Assembly (NCBI GenBank): GCA_001244265.2
Contig: CDLV01000007.1
Coordinates: 2,542,001-2,580,038, forward strand
DNA from: Microbotryum violaceum
Lineage: Eukaryota
Direction: 5' to 3'
DNA length: 38,038 bases
Below, piece by piece: positions 34,328 through 38,038 of this stretch. The first letter of the stretch is position 1; each line of letters starts with the position of its first letter. The position numbers and the translations under genes were made by a program. A model generated the notes under the pieces. It ran no database searches, was not told the DNA's origin, and saw only the letters and a list, made by a program, of their open reading frames with translations.

Positions 34328-36782
34328 TCAAGGGATCCAAATCCGACTGTATCCCTCAACCTTGCCTCGGCACGTCGGACATAGATGTTCCCTCGCGCTC
34401 GTACGCGTACTCAAATGATGGCGACAGCCGTCGCACATCGTCAAGCATCGACAGGGCCAGCACACGATGGAGCGTTCGTCCGTCGCGCAAATTACGCAGA
34501 GGCGTCGGTACGGCGGGTCGTCCGAAGTGGAAGAGGATGAGGCGGTCGATGTCGCGCCGAGCTCGAGGCGGCGTTGTTCGATCGCGCTACTGAAAGCTTC
34601 AGGAGCGCTAGGGTTTGGAGAGGACAGCGAGGCGTAGCGTCTTCGAGTCATCGGTGAGGTCCCCGAGGGGGCAAAGTAGTGCGCCAAAAGCAATGGGGCT
34701 AAATCGGCGTGCTCGTCCACGTTGGCGAGATTGGTCGTCTGACGATGATCGTGATTGCGGATCAGCGCTGATGAGGCGTCTGGACTTGCCGAAGATGAAC
34801 CATCACTTTCTCGATGACGTGAAGATGAGAACCCCACGAGCTCTTGCAATAGTGAAGCCGCCTCGCCATCATCGTCCTCGCCCGAGCTCGGAGCTTCCTC
34901 TTCGACCTGCGTAGCAGATCCCATCACCAACTCTTCGTCGTCGGAAGAATCGTCCTCATCCTCGTCATCTTCGGAAGGCACGTAGTCACCATCCTCTGCA
35001 TCCTCAATCTCTTCTCCACTTCCTCTCGGGACCCATCGTTCCATCGCATGCGATTCCCTATCCTCATCGTCTCCGTACCCGACGAAATCAACGACGCCCA
35101 AGTAACCCCTTCTGAACGCGCGATAAGTCTTCCACACGACGAAGAAACACATCCTCCATGCGAGTCCCCACAAACTTCGCCATGCGTTGCGCCGTTGTTC
35201 ACCTCCACCTATACCGCCGACCTCTTCACCCTGGCGGCGCAAGACTTCGATCGACTTGATTTCGTTCGCGAACCCCTCCTGAGGCGAATGCCGAGGTGAT
35301 TTCTTGGAGGGTCGACGACGATGAACAAGTCCTGATGAACTGGAGCCGGATCGACCGAGTCGAACGATGTCGGAAGTGGGAGGGGTAGTAGTATCGGGGA
35401 GTTGGAGGGAGAGGAACGAGAGCGGTAAAGGTGCCATGATACGGATTGGCGAGACTTCGTTTGCAAGACCTGCGAGTGTCGATGATTCGAGGCATGACGT
35501 CGCGTATCTAACAAAGCAATAGCGATGAAGAGATTTAGTAAAGAGGTTCAAGCCATATTCATGTGATCGGTAAAACCTACTTGATCATGCCAACACCCCA
35601 ATCATCACTCCTCTTTGGCCAATGCGCGCGGTGGCCAAAAACACCCTCCATCGTCATCTCCTCGCGCCTGAGCAGTATCGCCAACGCCCTCAACACAATC
35701 GTCATCAGCGCGAGCGCCTCGAAAGTCAAATCGGGGATCAACGACATCCATACGGTCCCCTCCCAAGAGATCGAGTCGTCGAGCAGAGCCGGACCGCGAC
35801 GACCTTGCGGAGCGTAGACGGCTCGATAGAATCCGATCGAGAGGATTGCCTGGCCGATCAGCGAGAAGAAGGCCGTAATGGCGAGTCGCAGCGACCGTCT
35901 CGGAGGTGTCCAGATAAAGGAGGTGTGGAGGACGAAGAGCTCGAGCAGAGTCAGGAGGAGATGAACGTAGAGATGCGTTGGGGGATGCCATGCTTGGCCG
36001 GCAGGTGGGGAAGCGTAGATGGGCGCCGAGTGGAGATGCAAGAGGAATGAGAAGGAGAGCAGGTTGAACGAGGCTTGGGATCCGAGATCATCGGCGAGAG
36101 CTCGAACAAAGGTCTCGGTGACGACAGCCAAAGCGACGGCGACAAAGACCTCCCACATGACCGTGGAGGCGCTGGCGATCGCGTATGGCAGCCTCGAGCC
36201 ATCCGCCGCTTGCACCAGCCGGCTCAGTTCGGATCGGCCGGCCCACGGTGTGAGAAACGATAGCGCTCTGACGAATGCACGCCCGCTCCTGGTCGAGGAA
36301 AAGAGGTGCGAGTCGTAATTGTGGGCGAGCAACAGAGCGGACAAGAGCGTCGACGAGCGCAGAAGGAGCACCAGGCTCGGCAGTCGAAGGGCCAGACGCA
36401 GCTTGGTCGGCAAGGGCGCGTTCGAGCCATCAGGTAGAGGCTCACGGTCGGCGAAAGGTCGACGTGGGGGTACGAGGTGATGTATGCGGTTGAGTAGGAT
36501 CGAGAGGCCGAGCAGGGCGACAAAGAAGGACGAGGTCACGAACGACATGGGGCCGGGGAACGCTGGCGATGACGATGACGATGAGGACGCGGTGGATGCT
36601 CTCATACTTGAACGTGACCTCGATGGGCTCCTTGGATCGGACGAGGACGCAAACGATTCAAAGGCCGGGCTCGAAGACGAAGCGGCGGCGTCGACGAGCT
36701 GGCGGTGCAGCCATGAGCGCATCGGTCTCAGCGTGCGCTCGTACGTGTAGCCCGCCACAGCGAACACCACATTACGCACCAT
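34328..36782 (-). CDS. Asi1/Asi3-like multi-pass membrane RING E3 ubiquitin ligase; start uncertain
   Basis: LLNRIHHLV, LRLPSL, ETFVRAL..FNLLSFSFLLH, DDWGVGMIK-YATSCLES, and C-terminal CVIC..ERSIVCWPCRCLTMCDGCR...CPTCRGKVEGYSRIWIP. Confidence 0.8.
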
Positions 36783-37559
36783 CACCGTTGTACAGCGATC
36801 CGCTCGGATCGAGCAGATTCCGGAAGTAGATGACGAGCGCCGGGTGTCGAGTGCCGAGCGCCAAGTCAGCCACGAATCCCGCGATGGGGGCAAGAGCGAG
36901 GCCGACGCCGACGTGTGGGGGAGCGTCACCTTGCGAGAACGCGCGCGACCGACGCCACTATCGCCAGAGTCGGATCAAAAACGTGACATTTGTCCTGGAA
37001 ATTTACTTCAGGCTATTCGACAGAGCCATTCAATATGTACACCCTCAATAGCCCGATCCGCGAAGAATCATGCGCGGCCGTCGGGCAGCCGGCGGCGGCC
37101 GATCGAAACGAGTCGGCCGAGGGGAACCGATCTTGAACTTAGCGAGCCAGTCTCGAGCAGCCTAACGTGCGACCGGCGAGGCAGCATAATTGTTGACCTT
37201 TCCGCACTGAGTTCCACTACCAAGTTGATTAGTACATTCAAGCCCTGGTAAGTCTTAACCACGCCGATCTAACGACGCGTTACTACTGCTGCGCCGCTAA
37301 ACGGTCTGATGAGTTCACAAAGCGGCCCGGCCAACACGCCGGTTTGCGCTCCTGGACAATTTTTGAACTTGGGGCGACGCGCGTGTCATATTGAATCTTG
37401 CAACGTAAAGGGCCTGTCTATAAACAGGGATACTTACACCCAGCTGCAAAATGCCAGATCCTCCAGGTATATACGTAGCATAGGTGGGGTACAGGCCAAT
37501 TCCGGGATACGTTTTGGAATAGAACCCCAAATTCCCAGTGAAAATGAAAATTGACAGTC

Positions 37560-37677
37560 CACGGTCAATTGCTCGTGCACTGCTAAAATCCACTTTTTCG
37601 ACTCTGAAGGGCGGCACAAGCCAAAACCGTCAAACCGAGGTGCACGGTCAATTTCTCGCGCACTGCTGAAATCCACT
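37560..37677. repeat. 35-bp imperfect direct repeat (32/35 identical)
   Basis: CACGGTCAATT(G/T)CTCG(T/C)GCACTGCT(A/G)AAATCCACT at 37560-37594 and 37643-37677. Confidence 0.8.
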
Positions 37678-38038
37678 GTATATATGGGCAATTGCCAAAT
37701 ACCACATGGCACAGACTCCTGAGAGCCCCTTGCAAAGAAGCTCGCGCGAGCACCCTGTGGTGTTTGAGAGAGGGGTGGGAGCAGCCGCACTCGCAGCCTT
37801 CGGCCACCGGCGCTCGCGATCCCCGAAATGGGAAACCCATCTCGGGCTTCGGTGTGCCGCTGGAGCTGAGGCACGGCAGACTTGAGGACTTGTAGACGTA
37901 GATAAGTTTATTGTAAATCTGTCCCGATCTCAACTGGTGTGTACATGCTTGATTTGTGCTAGTAGGCATTGTGCTTATGTTCATTTGAAATTGTCATGTC
38001 CGTACCGCAACCCCATGTCCGTCCACTTGTCGGTCGCG

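Overview
Intron-rich fungal genomic DNA, probably a basidiomycete yeast of the Microbotryomycetes type (inferred from gene structure and protein style). Recognisable genes in order: 5'-truncated gamma-tubulin complex subunit GCP2/Spc97, COX19, a diverged and truncated ALG12-like membrane protein, a small CBS-domain protein, WD40 SQT1, a spliced orphan pseudogene, a small Cys-rich conserved protein, Xaa-Pro aminopeptidase (M24B), a complete Ty1/copia LTR retrotransposon inserted 11 bp after that gene's stop, a polyQ bHLH transcription factor, an M28 aminopeptidase, glycogen synthase, RMI1 and an Asi1/Asi3-like membrane RING ligase. The last ~700 bp may be the edge of another mobile element. I see no clear multi-gene novel system. 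The best leads are the ALG12-like probable pseudoenzyme, a 6x18-bp repeat that copies the last splice acceptor of glycogen synthase, TCG>TTG lesions and asymmetric LTRs in the copia element, and a C-terminal SIM-like tail on Rmi1. Several single-base frameshifts in C/G runs look like assembly errors. All family calls come from motif recall, not database searches.
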